From the NCBI GenBank assembly GCA_027315385.1, contig DAHUYD010000034.1, forward strand, positions 7,639-71,638: DNA of 64,000 nt, in the 5' to 3' direction. This DNA comes from Acidobacterium sp. (lineage in GTDB: Bacteria > Acidobacteriota > Terriglobia > Terriglobales > Acidobacteriaceae). Shown piece by piece: positions 47,394 through 57,886 of this stretch. The notes below the pieces were generated by a model. That model saw only the letters and a list, made by a program, of their open reading frames with translations, was not told where the DNA came from and ran no database searches. The translations under genes were made by a program, and so were the position numbers. Every line of letters starts with the position of its first letter. Position 1 is the first letter of the stretch.

Positions 47394-49994
47394 CTACTGT
47401 TTTGACGCCCATTTCTCCAGTTTCGGCCCCTGTGCCGTGCGCAGTTGCACGCACTGGTCAATGGAGTCCTCCGCTCGCTGCAGGGCATCGCTCGAAGCCG
47501 CCACCGGGTGCGCAGCGAAGAAGCTGATCACTTCCTGCTTCTTCTGTTCGCTGCAGAACGCCCCGGTGGCGCCCACCAGGGCGCCACCCATCGACGTCGT
47601 GAACTGCTTCTGCACCTCATCCCAGTTCTGCTGGATGAAGCTCCAGGCCAGGTCGCGCGTCTGGCGCTGCCCGAGCGGCGCCATAAACTCGAAGATCGCG
47701 TCCTGATTACGCACCTTGCCGGACAGGGCGTACTCCATCGCCCGCCGCTCCAGCGCCTGATCGCGGAACGCCGACATCAGCCCCAGCGCAACTTCCTTGA
47801 TCTGCGGGTTATCCGACGTTTCGTAGATATGCTGCAACTGATCGAAATACGCCGCGTCGCCGTGAATCGCCGCGATCGATGCCGCCGTCTGGGCCAGATT
47901 AGGATCCACCGCGCCCGGATTGCTGAAGTACTCCGACCCCAGCTTCTTTGCCTGCGCGATGACCGCGGGATCCTCACCCTCAACGCCCAATACCCCAAAC
48001 AACGTTGCGCGCAGGTCCTTCCGGTTCGGCGAATCCGTCGGTGACGGCGGTCCCAGCTTCTCCCATGCCGGCTGAAACGTCTTCCTCACCCACGCTGCCA
48101 GGGTCCGGCGCTCCTGCTGGTTGCTGGCGATGCTGTTGGCAATGGTGTACAGCGGACCCACGGCCATGCCAACCACCGTTTCATTCGGATCGTCCTTCAC
48201 CGCCGCAACCAGATCGAGGTAGTCGCCCACCGAGGCCTTATCCGCATGTACCTCGGCCCACTCGTTGCCCAGCAGGCTGATGCGCTCCGCCGGCGTCAGC
48301 TGCGTCTCCACGTTCGCCAGCAGCGTGCGATAGACGCTCTCCGGCAGCGAATACCGGTAGTAGCCCTTGCCGCCCGCGTCCGGAAAGAACGGAGACCCCT
48401 GCGGAACCGCAAGGGACTGCTCCGCGGAACTCATCACGTCGCATTTCTGCTGGTGGTTCGGCTCACCGAAACACACAGGAATCGTCCAGGTCTGCCGCGC
48501 CGGCGGCTGGATCGTCGGGTTCAAATAGAAGCGCTTCTGGCTCACCCGCACGGCGCCGTCGGCCGGCTTCTCGAACGTCAGTATCGGCTCGCCAGGCTCG
48601 GCAATGAAGCTTTCCAGGATCTTGTCCACCGGCAGCTGGCTCACGGCCGCCTGCGCATTCCAGAAGTCCTGAGCCGTCGCATTGCTCCACTCGTGCGCTT
48701 TGAGGTACTTGTGCACGCCTTGGCGGAACACCTCCGGCCTCTCGTAATTCTCCGTCATCGAAAGCACCGCCGCGGCCTTGCCGTAGCTGATGGCGTCGAA
48801 CATCTGGTTGATCTGGTCCGGCGTGTTAGCCTCGGCGCGGATGGGCCGCGTGATCTTCTGTGCGTCGTAATTCAGCGAGCCGTTGAGCCCGAAGAATCCC
48901 CCGCCGACGGCTCCCTGCTCAAGATGCCACTCCGGCTTCCATGCGCCGGCGGCCTTGGTCTCCATCCAGGTCGCAAAGCCCTCGTTCAGCCAGATATTGT
49001 TCCACCACTCCATGGTGACCATATCGCCGAACCACTGGTGCGCCATCTCGTGCGCAACGTCGGTGGCGACCTCCTGCTCCTCGCCAACGGTCGCGGTCTT
49101 CGGATTCACCAGCAGGGCAGTCTCGCGGAAGGTGATCGCGCCGAAATTCTCCATCGCTCCGGCTTCGAAATCCGGAATCCCGATCAGGTCCAGCTTCGGC
49201 ATCGGATACTTGATCCCGAAATACTGGTCGTAGTAGTGGAGGAAGAACTCCGCTCCGGACAGCGCGAAGTGCGCATACTGCGTCTTGCCCGGCGTGGCGC
49301 ACACGCGAATCGGCACGCCGTCGCGCTCGCCGGAAATACACTCGAAGTCGCCCACGAGAAACGCCACCAGATACGTCGACATCTTCGGTGTCGTCGCGAA
49401 CCGAACCGTGTGCTGATCCGGCCCGGGCCCGGGCGTATCGGAGATGGCGTTCGTGTTCGAGATCGCCATGTCTCCCTTCGGCGCCACCAGCGTAACGCTG
49501 AACGTCGCCTTGAACGCCGGTTCATCGAAGCTGGGGAATGCGCGCCGCGCATCCGTCGACTCGAACTGTGTCACCGCGAGCCGCTGCGTCGCTGTCTTCG
49601 ACAGATAAAAACCGCGCAATTTGCTGTTGAGAATGCCGCTGTAATCGATCGCGAGCGTCAGGGGCCCCGGCGGCAGCGCCTGATCGAAATGAAACGTGGC
49701 CTGCTGCTTCGCCGGGTCTTCGGTGATCCTGGGGTGCAGCTCCTGGCCGTTCACCGTGGCCGTGACTTCGGCGAACTTGATCTGGAGCGCGTTCAGCGTG
49801 ATGCCGTTCACCGGCTGCTTCACCACGGCGTCGATCGCCTCCACCCCGGTGAACGTCGCGTTGTTCAGGTCGGGAGTGAGCTTGAGCGTGTAATGGCTGG
49901 GAATCACGGTTTGCGGAAGGCGCTGGGCCCCTGCGGAAACCGCCAGAACGAGAAAAAGACACGCACAAATACAGCGCAGGGCCGAACGCATCAT
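47394..49994 (-). CDS. pepN: secreted M1-family aminopeptidase N
   Basis: Signal peptide. 'GAMENFGAITF' exopeptidase motif and zinc site 'HEMAHQWFGD...WLNEGFA'. Confidence 0.9.
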   Translation of the reverse strand: MMRSALRCICACLFLVLAVSAGAQRLPQTVIPSHYTLKLTPDLNNATFTGVEAIDAVVKQPVNGITLNALQIKFAEVTATVNGQELHPRITEDPAKQQATFHFDQALPPGPLTLAIDYSGILNSKLRGFYLSKTATQRLAVTQFESTDARRAFPSFDEPAFKATFSVTLVAPKGDMAISNTNAISDTPGPGPDQHTVRFATTPKMSTYLVAFLVGDFECISGERDGVPIRVCATPGKTQYAHFALSGAEFFLHYYDQYFGIKYPMPKLDLIGIPDFEAGAMENFGAITFRETALLVNPKTATVGEEQEVATDVAHEMAHQWFGDMVTMEWWNNIWLNEGFATWMETKAAGAWKPEWHLEQGAVGGGFFGLNGSLNYDAQKITRPIRAEANTPDQINQMFDAISYGKAAAVLSMTENYERPEVFRQGVHKYLKAHEWSNATAQDFWNAQAAVSQLPVDKILESFIAEPGEPILTFEKPADGAVRVSQKRFYLNPTIQPPARQTWTIPVCFGEPNHQQKCDVMSSAEQSLAVPQGSPFFPDAGGKGYYRYSLPESVYRTLLANVETQLTPAERISLLGNEWAEVHADKASVGDYLDLVAAVKDDPNETVVGMAVGPLYTIANSIASNQQERRTLAAWVRKTFQPAWEKLGPPSPTDSPNRKDLRATLFGVLGVEGEDPAVIAQAKKLGSEYFSNPGAVDPNLAQTAASIAAIHGDAAYFDQLQHIYETSDNPQIKEVALGLMSAFRDQALERRAMEYALSGKVRNQDAIFEFMAPLGQRQTRDLAWSFIQQNWDEVQKQFTTSMGGALVGATGAFCSEQKKQEVISFFAAHPVAASSDALQRAEDSIDQCVQLRTAQGPKLEKWASKQ

Positions 49995-50138
49995 GCCGAA
50001 CCTCGAGGAGAAAATGTCAACTGATTACGATAGCGCACCGCAATAGACTCAGTCGCGCCATGCGAGGGCGCCTCACTTTTACCGCCGCGGCTGCGAGGGT
50101 GCGATCTGATCGCTGATATCCGAGCGGGGGTTGGCGTC

Positions 50139-51161
50139 TTACCGCGACGCCGCTCTCACCGACTTGCCGCTGATCTCCGCCGCGCGCGCTTCGGCGTAGG
50201 CAGCCGCGCCCATCAGCGCGCAGCGGCTCTCCAGAATGATGTGCACTGGCGTCTGCACCAGCAGGTCGGTCAGGCGGCCCTTGTCGGTAAAGGCCCGCAT
50301 GAACGCACCGCCCCGCATGGTCTTCACGATCTTCGGAGCGATGCCACCGCCCAGATACATCCCTCCGGTCGCCAGCACCTTCAGCACCATGTTGCCCGAT
50401 TCGGCTCCGTATGCCGCAACGAACATCTGCAGCGTCTTCACGCACAGCTCGCTGCCGCACTGCTCGCCCACTTCGCCGATCACCGCATTCGGGTCCTCCG
50501 CCGCCATCCGTCTTTGCAGCCACGCAGGTTCTTCCATTCTCTTCACGTCGCGCAGAAACCGGTAGATGTTCGTGATGCCCTGCCCCGAGATGACGCGTTC
50601 CCAGCTTACCCGTCCCTCGAGCCTCTTCATCAGATACGACAATAGTTCCACTTCCAGCTCATTGCGCGCGGCAAAATCGCTGTGTCCGCCCTCCGATGCC
50701 ATTGGCATGTGAGTTTTTCCGTTCCACACCAGCACGCCTTCGCCCAGGCCCGTGCCCGCGCTCACCAAAGCTCGATTTCCCACTGCGGCGGGATCGCCCT
50801 CGTTCAGCGTGAAGATCTGGTCCGCTTTCAGTTCGGGAATACCGTAGCCGTTCGCCTCAAGATCGTTGATGAGGAACAGATGCTGAATGCCAAGCGAGGT
50901 GGATAGCTCGCGGCTGTCGAGCACCCATGGCAGATTCGTCAGCCGCAGTCGCCCGCCCCGCACCGGACCCGGCACTCCAAAGCACGCTGCGCTGATTTCC
51001 GGCGCTTCGCTCTCCTGCAGAAACCGGCGAACGATTTCCTCGAGACCCGAAAATTCCTGCGCCGGGAAGCGCTGTTCGCGGATATGCACCAGCTGGCCAC
51101 GCTCGAATCCGTACAACGCCAACTCAACCTTGGTGCCGCCCACGTCCCCGGCCAGAATCAT
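50139..51161 (-). CDS. glk: glucokinase
   Basis: 'ILAGDVGGTKVELALY' ATP-binding N-terminus. Start overlaps the pgl stop. Confidence 0.85.
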   Translation of the reverse strand: MILAGDVGGTKVELALYGFERGQLVHIREQRFPAQEFSGLEEIVRRFLQESEAPEISAACFGVPGPVRGGRLRLTNLPWVLDSRELSTSLGIQHLFLINDLEANGYGIPELKADQIFTLNEGDPAAVGNRALVSAGTGLGEGVLVWNGKTHMPMASEGGHSDFAARNELEVELLSYLMKRLEGRVSWERVISGQGITNIYRFLRDVKRMEEPAWLQRRMAAEDPNAVIGEVGEQCGSELCVKTLQMFVAAYGAESGNMVLKVLATGGMYLGGGIAPKIVKTMRGGAFMRAFTDKGRLTDLLVQTPVHIILESRCALMGAAAYAEARAAEISGKSVRAASR

Positions 51162-51958
51162 CGCTCCATCTCCACAAATCCGCTTCCCTGCTGGTCCACC
51201 GCGGGCAAATTCGCCGCCGCGGCCCTGTCCAGCAAGAATAGCAGCCGCCCGCTCCGCGGCTGGATCAGCTGCGATGGCAGCGTCTCCGGCTCATACGGCC
51301 CGCGCAGTACGCGCCCCAGCGGATCGGCCTTGTCGGATCCATCGATCATGAAGAAAACATCGCGCGCGGCATTGATCACCGGCCAGGTCAGCGTAACCCG
51401 CTGGCTCTGTTTCTGCTGCGGCACCTCGTTGGCCACCGCGATCCGGCCCATCTCATGCAGCGCTTCCGTGTGGGGAAACAGCGAAGCAGTGTGCCCATCC
51501 GGTCCCATCCCTAGATGCAGCACGTCGAAGATGGGAACCTCCGCGCCCTCCAGCCGGTAATGCCCGCGAATCGCCGACTCATACACGTCGGCTGCTTCGT
51601 CGGGCTTGAGCTCGCCCTCGATCCGGATCGCGCGCTCCGGCGGCAACGGCACCTTGCTCAGAAGCAGCTCGCGCACCGCCCCGTAATTGCTGTCGGGACT
51701 ATCGGCCGGCACGCAGCGTTCATCCACCCAGAACACCCACAGGCGATACCACGGAATCGCATCGCGATAGGGCTCGTTCGGGTTCGCCAGCAGCGAGAAG
51801 ACCGGCTTCGGGCTGTTTCCGCCGGAGAGCGCGATGCGGGCCACCCCGCGCGCCGCCACCGCCGCCTGAATGCCCTGAACGAAATGGGCCGCCACCGCGC
51901 GATTCAGCGCGTCTCTCGTGTCGAAGACGCGGTACTCAGCACGAATTGTTCTTACCAT
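51158..51958 (-). CDS. pgl: 6-phosphogluconolactonase
   Basis: ATG at 51958. 'IALSGGNSPKPVF', 'WVDERCVP' and 'HLGMGPDGHTASLFP'. Confidence 0.8.
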   Translation of the reverse strand: MVRTIRAEYRVFDTRDALNRAVAAHFVQGIQAAVAARGVARIALSGGNSPKPVFSLLANPNEPYRDAIPWYRLWVFWVDERCVPADSPDSNYGAVRELLLSKVPLPPERAIRIEGELKPDEAADVYESAIRGHYRLEGAEVPIFDVLHLGMGPDGHTASLFPHTEALHEMGRIAVANEVPQQKQSQRVTLTWPVINAARDVFFMIDGSDKADPLGRVLRGPYEPETLPSQLIQPRSGRLLFLLDRAAAANLPAVDQQGSGFVEMER

Positions 51959-52037
51959 AATCCTCGCCTCGCCGGGTTCTCCGCTCCGGTGCCCCACCCT
52001 TATCCGCAGTCCCATCGCCGGCAGGGTGGACCAAAGC

Positions 52038-53594
52038 TTACGATTTCGGGGCGACCGAGTGCCAGCGATAGCCGTCGCGCCCGATCAGCTCTTCTCCGCA
52101 CTCCGGTCCCCACGTGCCCGCCTCGTAATTCGGAAAGGTTTGCGGAAACTTCTTCGCCCACGCATCGATGACCGGCGTGAACAGCGCCCAGGTCGTCTCC
52201 ACTCCGTCGCGATGCGCAAACAGCGTGGCATCGCCCAGCATCGCGTCCAGCAGCAGCCGCTCGTATCCGTTGGCCGACGACGCGCCGAACGCCTGCGCGT
52301 ATCCGAAATCCATGACCACCGGACACACCGCCATCTGCGGCCCCGGAACCTTCGCGCCAAAGCGCAGCGAGATACCCTCGTCCGGCTGAATCCGCATGGT
52401 CAGCAGGTTCGGCTGAATCTCCGAACATCCGCCATGCGTGTGCCCCCCAAAAAGTAACATCGGCGGTTGCTTAAACTGGATCGTAATCTCCGTCACGCGG
52501 CTTGCCAGCCGTTTTCCGGCGCGCAGATAAAACGGCACTCCCGCCCAGCGCCAGTTTTCAATCCCCAGCCGAAGCGCCGCGTAGGTTTCTGTCTGCGACT
52601 GCGGATCCACGCGCTCTTCCTCGCGGTAGCCCTTCACCTTCTGCCCATTCACGATGCCCGGCCCGTACTGCCCGCGCACGCAGTCGAAGATATTGAGCGG
52701 CTTGATCGAGCTCCACACCTTGATCTTTTCCAGCCGTACTGCCTCGGCCGCAAAGCTGGCGGGGGGCTCCATCGCGATGAACGACAGCAGCTCCATCATG
52801 TGGTTCTGCACCACGTCCCGCAGTGCGCCCGCCTTCTCGTAAAACGGACCGCGCCCTTCGATGCCGATGCTTTCCGCCGCCGTGATCTGCACATGTTCGA
52901 TGAAATTCCGGTTCCAGATCGGCTCGAAAATCCCGTTGGCGAAACGGAACACCAGCACGTTCTGCACGGTTTCCTTGCCCAGATAGTGGTCGATGCGAAA
53001 AACCTGGCTCTCGTTGAAGACTGTATTCACGTCGTCGTTCAGCTCGCGCGCACTCTCCAGATCGTGCCCGAACGGCTTCTCGATTACCACCCGCGCCTGT
53101 CCCACCTCCGGCTTCGCCATGCCGTGAGCGCCCAGCCGATGCACGATATCCGCGAAGTACTCCGGCGCCGTCGCCAGATAAAACAGCCGGTTGCCTCGCG
53201 TGCCGGCTTCCCGGTCGTACAGCTCCAGCAGCTCTTTCAGTCCCGCGTATCCGTTGTCGTCGTCGAAATTCATCGCGTGGTAGTCGATCTTCTCGACGAA
53301 CTCCTCCAGCTTCTCCTCGCCCTCTTTCACGCCGCCGAATTCGAGGATGCCCTGCTTCATATCCTCGGCGAAGCTTTTGCCCAGATCGCGCCGCGCCACC
53401 CCGACAATACGGAACTGCGGCGGTAACAATCCCGCCTGCTCCAGATGAAAGAGCGCCGGCAGCAGCTTGCGTTTGGTCAGGTCGCCGGATGCCCCGAAGA
53501 TCACCACCGTCGTCGGCTCCGGAATCCGCTCTTCCACCTGCGCCGCCGCCTGCTTCACATCCTCCAGCGAAATTCTTACCTCTGTTGTCGCCAT
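52038..53594 (-). CDS. zwf: glucose-6-phosphate 1-dehydrogenase
   Basis: 'VIFGASGDLTKRKLLPALF', 'RIDHYLGKE' and 'EKPFG'. Confidence 0.95.
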   Translation of the reverse strand: MATTEVRISLEDVKQAAAQVEERIPEPTTVVIFGASGDLTKRKLLPALFHLEQAGLLPPQFRIVGVARRDLGKSFAEDMKQGILEFGGVKEGEEKLEEFVEKIDYHAMNFDDDNGYAGLKELLELYDREAGTRGNRLFYLATAPEYFADIVHRLGAHGMAKPEVGQARVVIEKPFGHDLESARELNDDVNTVFNESQVFRIDHYLGKETVQNVLVFRFANGIFEPIWNRNFIEHVQITAAESIGIEGRGPFYEKAGALRDVVQNHMMELLSFIAMEPPASFAAEAVRLEKIKVWSSIKPLNIFDCVRGQYGPGIVNGQKVKGYREEERVDPQSQTETYAALRLGIENWRWAGVPFYLRAGKRLASRVTEITIQFKQPPMLLFGGHTHGGCSEIQPNLLTMRIQPDEGISLRFGAKVPGPQMAVCPVVMDFGYAQAFGASSANGYERLLLDAMLGDATLFAHRDGVETTWALFTPVIDAWAKKFPQTFPNYEAGTWGPECGEELIGRDGYRWHSVAPKS

Positions 53595-53630
53595 CGCTTC
53601 CTCTCTGCTGCTGCTGTCTGCTGGCCGCTG

Positions 53631-54551
53631 CTAGGCAGCGGCCTCCTTCTCCGCCTTCACCGCGTGACCGCCAAACTGGTTGCGCATAATCGCGATCATG
53701 CGATCGGTAAAGTTGTTGTCCTCGCGGCTGCGAATGCGCCGCAGCAGCGACTCCGTGATGACGGGCGCGGAGACATTCAGGTTGATCGCCTCAAACACCG
53801 TCCAGCGGCCTTCGCCCGAGTCCTCGACCCAGGCCTCGAGGCCGTCCAGTTCCGGATTCTTCTCAAGCGCGGCCGCCGTCAGATCCAGCAGCCACGAGCG
53901 GACCACGCTGCCGTAACGCCACACCTCGGCGATCTGCGCCAGATCCAGGTCCATCTCTTCCTTGCGCTGCATGATCGTGAAGCCCTCGGCATAGGCCTGC
54001 ATCATGCCGTACTCAATGCCGTTGTGCACCATCGTGACAAAGTGCCCTGCGCCCGCCGGTCCCACGTGTCCCCAGCCTTTGTCTTTGCCCGGCGCCAGTG
54101 TCTCGAAAATCGGATACAGCCGCTCCACGGGTTCCGCATCGCCGCCGACCATCAGGCTGTAACCCTCCTTCAGCCCCCACACCCCGCCCGACGTGCCCAC
54201 GTCGATGAAGTTGAAGCCCTCCGCCTTCAGCTCCCGATGCCGCCGCTGGCTGTCCTGGTAATTCGAGTTCCCGCCGTCGACGATCGTGTCGCCTTTTGCG
54301 AGCACCGGCTTCAGCCTCGCAATCGTGTCGTCCACCGGCTTGCCGGCGGGAACCATGAGCCAAATGGCTCGCGGCGTCGGGAGCTGCGAAGCCAGTTCTT
54401 CCAGGCTGCGCGCGCCCGCTGAACCCGACTCCGCCAGCCGCTGTACCGCTTCCGCGCTGAAGTCGAATCCGACCACCTTATGCCCGCCGCGGCGCAGACG
54501 CTCCGCCATGTTGCCGCCCATGCGGCCCAGTCCAACAATACCCAACTCCAT
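53631..54551 (-). CDS. gnd: 6-phosphogluconate dehydrogenase, decarboxylating, short (~300 aa) form
   Basis: 'MELGIVGLGRMGGNMAERL', 'DGGNSNY' and 'GHFVTMVHNGIEYGMMQAYAEG'. Confidence 0.85.
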   Translation of the reverse strand: MELGIVGLGRMGGNMAERLRRGGHKVVGFDFSAEAVQRLAESGSAGARSLEELASQLPTPRAIWLMVPAGKPVDDTIARLKPVLAKGDTIVDGGNSNYQDSQRRHRELKAEGFNFIDVGTSGGVWGLKEGYSLMVGGDAEPVERLYPIFETLAPGKDKGWGHVGPAGAGHFVTMVHNGIEYGMMQAYAEGFTIMQRKEEMDLDLAQIAEVWRYGSVVRSWLLDLTAAALEKNPELDGLEAWVEDSGEGRWTVFEAINLNVSAPVITESLLRRIRSREDNNFTDRMIAIMRNQFGGHAVKAEKEAAA

Positions 54552-54585
54552 ACGTGCGAATTCCTCCTGGGGATCAAGACAAAAT

Positions 54586-55212
54586 CTAAGCGGTCAGGGA
54601 AACGCCCATCCCGGCCAGCGTCGCGGCCAGTTTCGCCGAGCCCTCATAGCGGATCGCGCGAATGCCCACGGCCGCCGCGGCCGCTGCGTTCTCCGCGCGA
54701 TCGTCGATGAACACCGTCTCTTCCGGATCGCTTCGCAGCACATCCACTGCCATCTGATAAATCCTGCGGTCCGGCTTGCGCAGGCCCACATAGCAGGAGC
54801 TGAAAAACGCGCTGAACCACTCGCGCAGATCGAAGCTTGCCAGCCGGTAGTCGTTCATCGCGCGCGACTCGTTGTTCACCATCGCCAGCACTAACTTATC
54901 CGATGCCGCAAGGCCGCGAAGGATTCCCAATGCACTGTCGGAAAGCAGTTGTGATTCCGCGCGCATCGCCCCGAGAAACTCGGCCTGGGTGAAATTTCGC
55001 GGCTCGAAAAACACCGTGTGCGCCAGATACTCGTCGAGGGAAATCTCATCCTTCTCCCACGCGTCCGATACCTCGGCGTGCCGATGCTCGAAGACCGCCG
55101 TATCCAGTCCAAAGCGAGGCGCCACGGCATCGCGTTGCTGGCGATCCCAACTGTTCGTGAGCAGCACTCCGCCCACGTCCCACAGAATGGTGCTGATGCC
55201 GCTCAAGGACAT
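54586..55212 (-). CDS. HAD-IA family phosphatase (DxGG variant of motif I)
   Basis: ATG at 55212. 'ILWDVGGVLLTNSWD', 'AMVNNES', 'GLRKPDRRIY' and 'VFIDDRAENA'. Confidence 0.65.
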   Translation of the reverse strand: MSLSGISTILWDVGGVLLTNSWDRQQRDAVAPRFGLDTAVFEHRHAEVSDAWEKDEISLDEYLAHTVFFEPRNFTQAEFLGAMRAESQLLSDSALGILRGLAASDKLVLAMVNNESRAMNDYRLASFDLREWFSAFFSSCYVGLRKPDRRIYQMAVDVLRSDPEETVFIDDRAENAAAAAAVGIRAIRYEGSAKLAATLAGMGVSLTA

Positions 55213-55283
55213 CTCCTGAAAGGTTCTGTCGACGATAAAAGCCTGGGGCCCGGTGAAGAGAAAACCGCGGTTTGCGCCGCGAT

Positions 55284-55754
55284 TTACGATTTTGCTGTTT
55301 CGGGCATGTTGCGGGCCTCGATGGCCATCACTTTGTTCAGCCGCCGCACATACCGCTCCACCTGCGACTGGAACTTCGCCCCCAAAAATGCGCCGACCAG
55401 ATCGAAAGCCGTCTCCGAGCCGATAATCCGCGCGCCCATTACCAGCACGTTCATGTTGTCGTGCTCCACGCCCTGGTGCGCGGAGTAGTGATCGTGGCAC
55501 ATGCAGGCGCGAATGCCCGGCATTTTGTTCGCGGCCACGCACACGCCCACCCCACTGCCGCAGATCAGGATGCCGCGCTCGGCGCGCCCCGCCTGCACCG
55601 CGCGGCCCACCGCCTCCGCGAAATCCGGATAGTCCGATGGCTCCGCGTTAAAAGCGCCGAGGTCGATAACCTCGTGCCCCAGTTTCTCCAGATAGCCGCG
55701 CACTTCTTCCTTCAGCGCGTATCCCGCGTGATCGGCTCCCATCGCCAGTCTCAT
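55284..55754 (-). CDS. rpiB: ribose-5-phosphate isomerase B
   Basis: ATG at 55754, 2 nt after the tkt stop. '[13 protein letters not shown]' and '[23 protein letters not shown]'. Confidence 0.9.
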   Translation of the reverse strand: MRLAMGADHAGYALKEEVRGYLEKLGHEVIDLGAFNAEPSDYPDFAEAVGRAVQAGRAERGILICGSGVGVCVAANKMPGIRACMCHDHYSAHQGVEHDNMNVLVMGARIIGSETAFDLVGAFLGAKFQSQVERYVRRLNKVMAIEARNMPETAKS

Positions 55755-55756
55755 GC

Positions 55757-57778
55757 TCACTTCCCCGCCATTGCCGGTTCTGATTTCCGTGCGCGCTCGA
55801 CCAGCGCTCTGGCCCGGGCCGCTACATCGTCCGCGCTGAAGCCCAGCTTCTCCAGCACCGTTGTGCCTGGCGCCGACGCACCAAAGCGATCCAGCCCCAC
55901 CACATCGCCGTGGCGGCCCACGTACTTCCACCATCCCAGCGAAGCGCCCGCTTCCACGGCCAGCTTCGGCATGCCGTCGGGCAGAACTTCGGCCTTGTAG
56001 CTCTCCGGCTGCTCGTCGAAAATTTTCACGCTCGGCATGGAGACGACGCGGGCCGCAATCCCCTCCTTCTTCAGTTGCTCCGCCGCGCGTACCGCCGGCC
56101 ATAACTCCGCCCCCGTGCCGATCAGCAGCACATCCGGCGCATCCCCGCCGCGTTCCACCACGTAACCGCCGCGCCGTACGCCCTCGAATACCTTTTGCTT
56201 CACCGGATCCAGCAGCGGCAGATCCTGCCGCGACAGCGCGAAGAACGAGGGGCCCTTGCGCTCCAGCGCCAGCCCCCACGCCGCCGAAGTCTCATTCGCA
56301 TCGGCCGGCCGGAAATCCGTCAGCCGCGGCACCGCGCGCAGCATGGTCAGTTGCTCCACCGGCTGATGCGTCGGCCCGTCCTCCCCCAGCCCGATCGAAT
56401 CGTGCGTGAAGACGAAGATCGAGTGCACGTTCATGATGGCCGCCATGCGAATCGCCGGCTTCGCGTAATCGCTGAAGACGAAGAACGTCGACCCATACGG
56501 AATCACGCCGCCATGCGCCGCCATTCCGTTCACCATCGCGCACATGCCGAACTCGCGCACCCCGAAGTAGACGTTCTCTCCCGCCGCGTCCAGATGGAAA
56601 TTCTTGCTGTCCTTGATCACCGTCTTCGTCGAGGTCGACAGGTCCGCCGCGCCGCCCAGCAGCTCCGGCACCTGCTTCACAAACGCGTTCATCACCGTGT
56701 TGCCCGCGGTGCGCGTCGCTACCGGCTTCCCGTCCGCCGGAAACTGCGGCAGGCTCTGCGCCCATCCATCCTTCAGGCGGCCCGCCTGCACCCGCTCGTA
56801 CTCCCCCGCCAGTTCTGGAAACTGCTGCCTGTATTTTGCGAACAGCGCGTTCCAGTCGGACTCCTCTTTCCCGCCCTTCTCCACGGCCTGCAGCCAGTTC
56901 TTCGCGGCGTCGTCCGGTACCCAGAACGTCCTGTCTTCCGGCCAGCCCAGATTCCGCTTCGTCTCCTTCACCGCCTCGTCGCCCAGCGCCTCGCCGTGCG
57001 CCTTGCTGGTGCCGGCTTTCGGACTGCCGTAGCCGATCACCGTCCGCACCGCGATGAACGAAGGCTTGTCCTTCACCGCCTTCGCGGCCTCAATCGCCTT
57101 CGAGATGCCTTCCAGATCGTTGCCGTCTTCCACGATCTGCACATGCCAGTGGTACGCCTCGAAGCGCTTCAGCCGGTCCTCGGTAAACGAAAGCTCCGTC
57201 GGACCGTCCAGCGAGATCAGGTTGTCGTCATACAGGCAGATCAGCTTGCCCAGAGCCAGCGTTCCGGCCAGCGACGCCGCCTCGTGCGAGACGCCCTCCA
57301 TCAGGTCGCCGTCGCCGCACATCATGTAGGTGGTGTGATCCACAATGTCGAAGCCCGGCCGGTTGTACACCGCCGCCAGGTGCTTCTCCGCCATCGCCAT
57401 TCCCACCGCCATGGCGAATCCCTGACCCAGCGGTCCCGTCGTCACTTCCACCCCATCCGTGTCGCCGTATTCCGGATGCCCGGGCGTGTTCGATCCCCAC
57501 TGCCGGAACTGCTTCAGGTCGTCGAGCGAGACTTTGTAGCCCGTAAGATGCAGCGCGCCGTACAGCATCGCCGAGGCGTGACCGTTCGACAGCACAAAGC
57601 GGTCGCGGTTCGTCCACTTGGAATGCTTCGGGTTGTGCCGCATGTACTTGTGGAAGAGTAGGTACGCCATGGGAGCGCAGCCCAGCGGCGCTCCCGGATG
57701 TCCGCTGTTCGCCTTCTGCACGGCATCCACAGCCAAAAATCGCAGGGCATTGATCGACAACTGATCCAGTTCGTTCAT
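55757..57778 (-). CDS. tkt: transketolase
   Basis: '[22 protein letters not shown]' and the TPP motif '[13 protein letters not shown]'. 673 aa. Confidence 0.97.
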   Translation of the reverse strand: MNELDQLSINALRFLAVDAVQKANSGHPGAPLGCAPMAYLLFHKYMRHNPKHSKWTNRDRFVLSNGHASAMLYGALHLTGYKVSLDDLKQFRQWGSNTPGHPEYGDTDGVEVTTGPLGQGFAMAVGMAMAEKHLAAVYNRPGFDIVDHTTYMMCGDGDLMEGVSHEAASLAGTLALGKLICLYDDNLISLDGPTELSFTEDRLKRFEAYHWHVQIVEDGNDLEGISKAIEAAKAVKDKPSFIAVRTVIGYGSPKAGTSKAHGEALGDEAVKETKRNLGWPEDRTFWVPDDAAKNWLQAVEKGGKEESDWNALFAKYRQQFPELAGEYERVQAGRLKDGWAQSLPQFPADGKPVATRTAGNTVMNAFVKQVPELLGGAADLSTSTKTVIKDSKNFHLDAAGENVYFGVREFGMCAMVNGMAAHGGVIPYGSTFFVFSDYAKPAIRMAAIMNVHSIFVFTHDSIGLGEDGPTHQPVEQLTMLRAVPRLTDFRPADANETSAAWGLALERKGPSFFALSRQDLPLLDPVKQKVFEGVRRGGYVVERGGDAPDVLLIGTGAELWPAVRAAEQLKKEGIAARVVSMPSVKIFDEQPESYKAEVLPDGMPKLAVEAGASLGWWKYVGRHGDVVGLDRFGASAPGTTVLEKLGFSADDVAARARALVERARKSEPAMAGK

Positions 57779-57886
57779 AAAGACTTAAATCTCCTCTTTT
57801 GCCGGAAAATGGGACTGTTCAGGATGGCCGGACGCGCAACTTCGATTGTCTCTCTACCCAATTGGATGACGCAAACCGCCGACGGC

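Noticed and set aside
48246-50024. 592-aa ORF antisense to pepN; the same applies to 56195..57661 (antisense to tkt) and 57698..59476 (antisense to GH15)
   Set aside because: The translations are Arg-rich and show no motifs, and the opposite strand encodes clearly recognisable enzymes.
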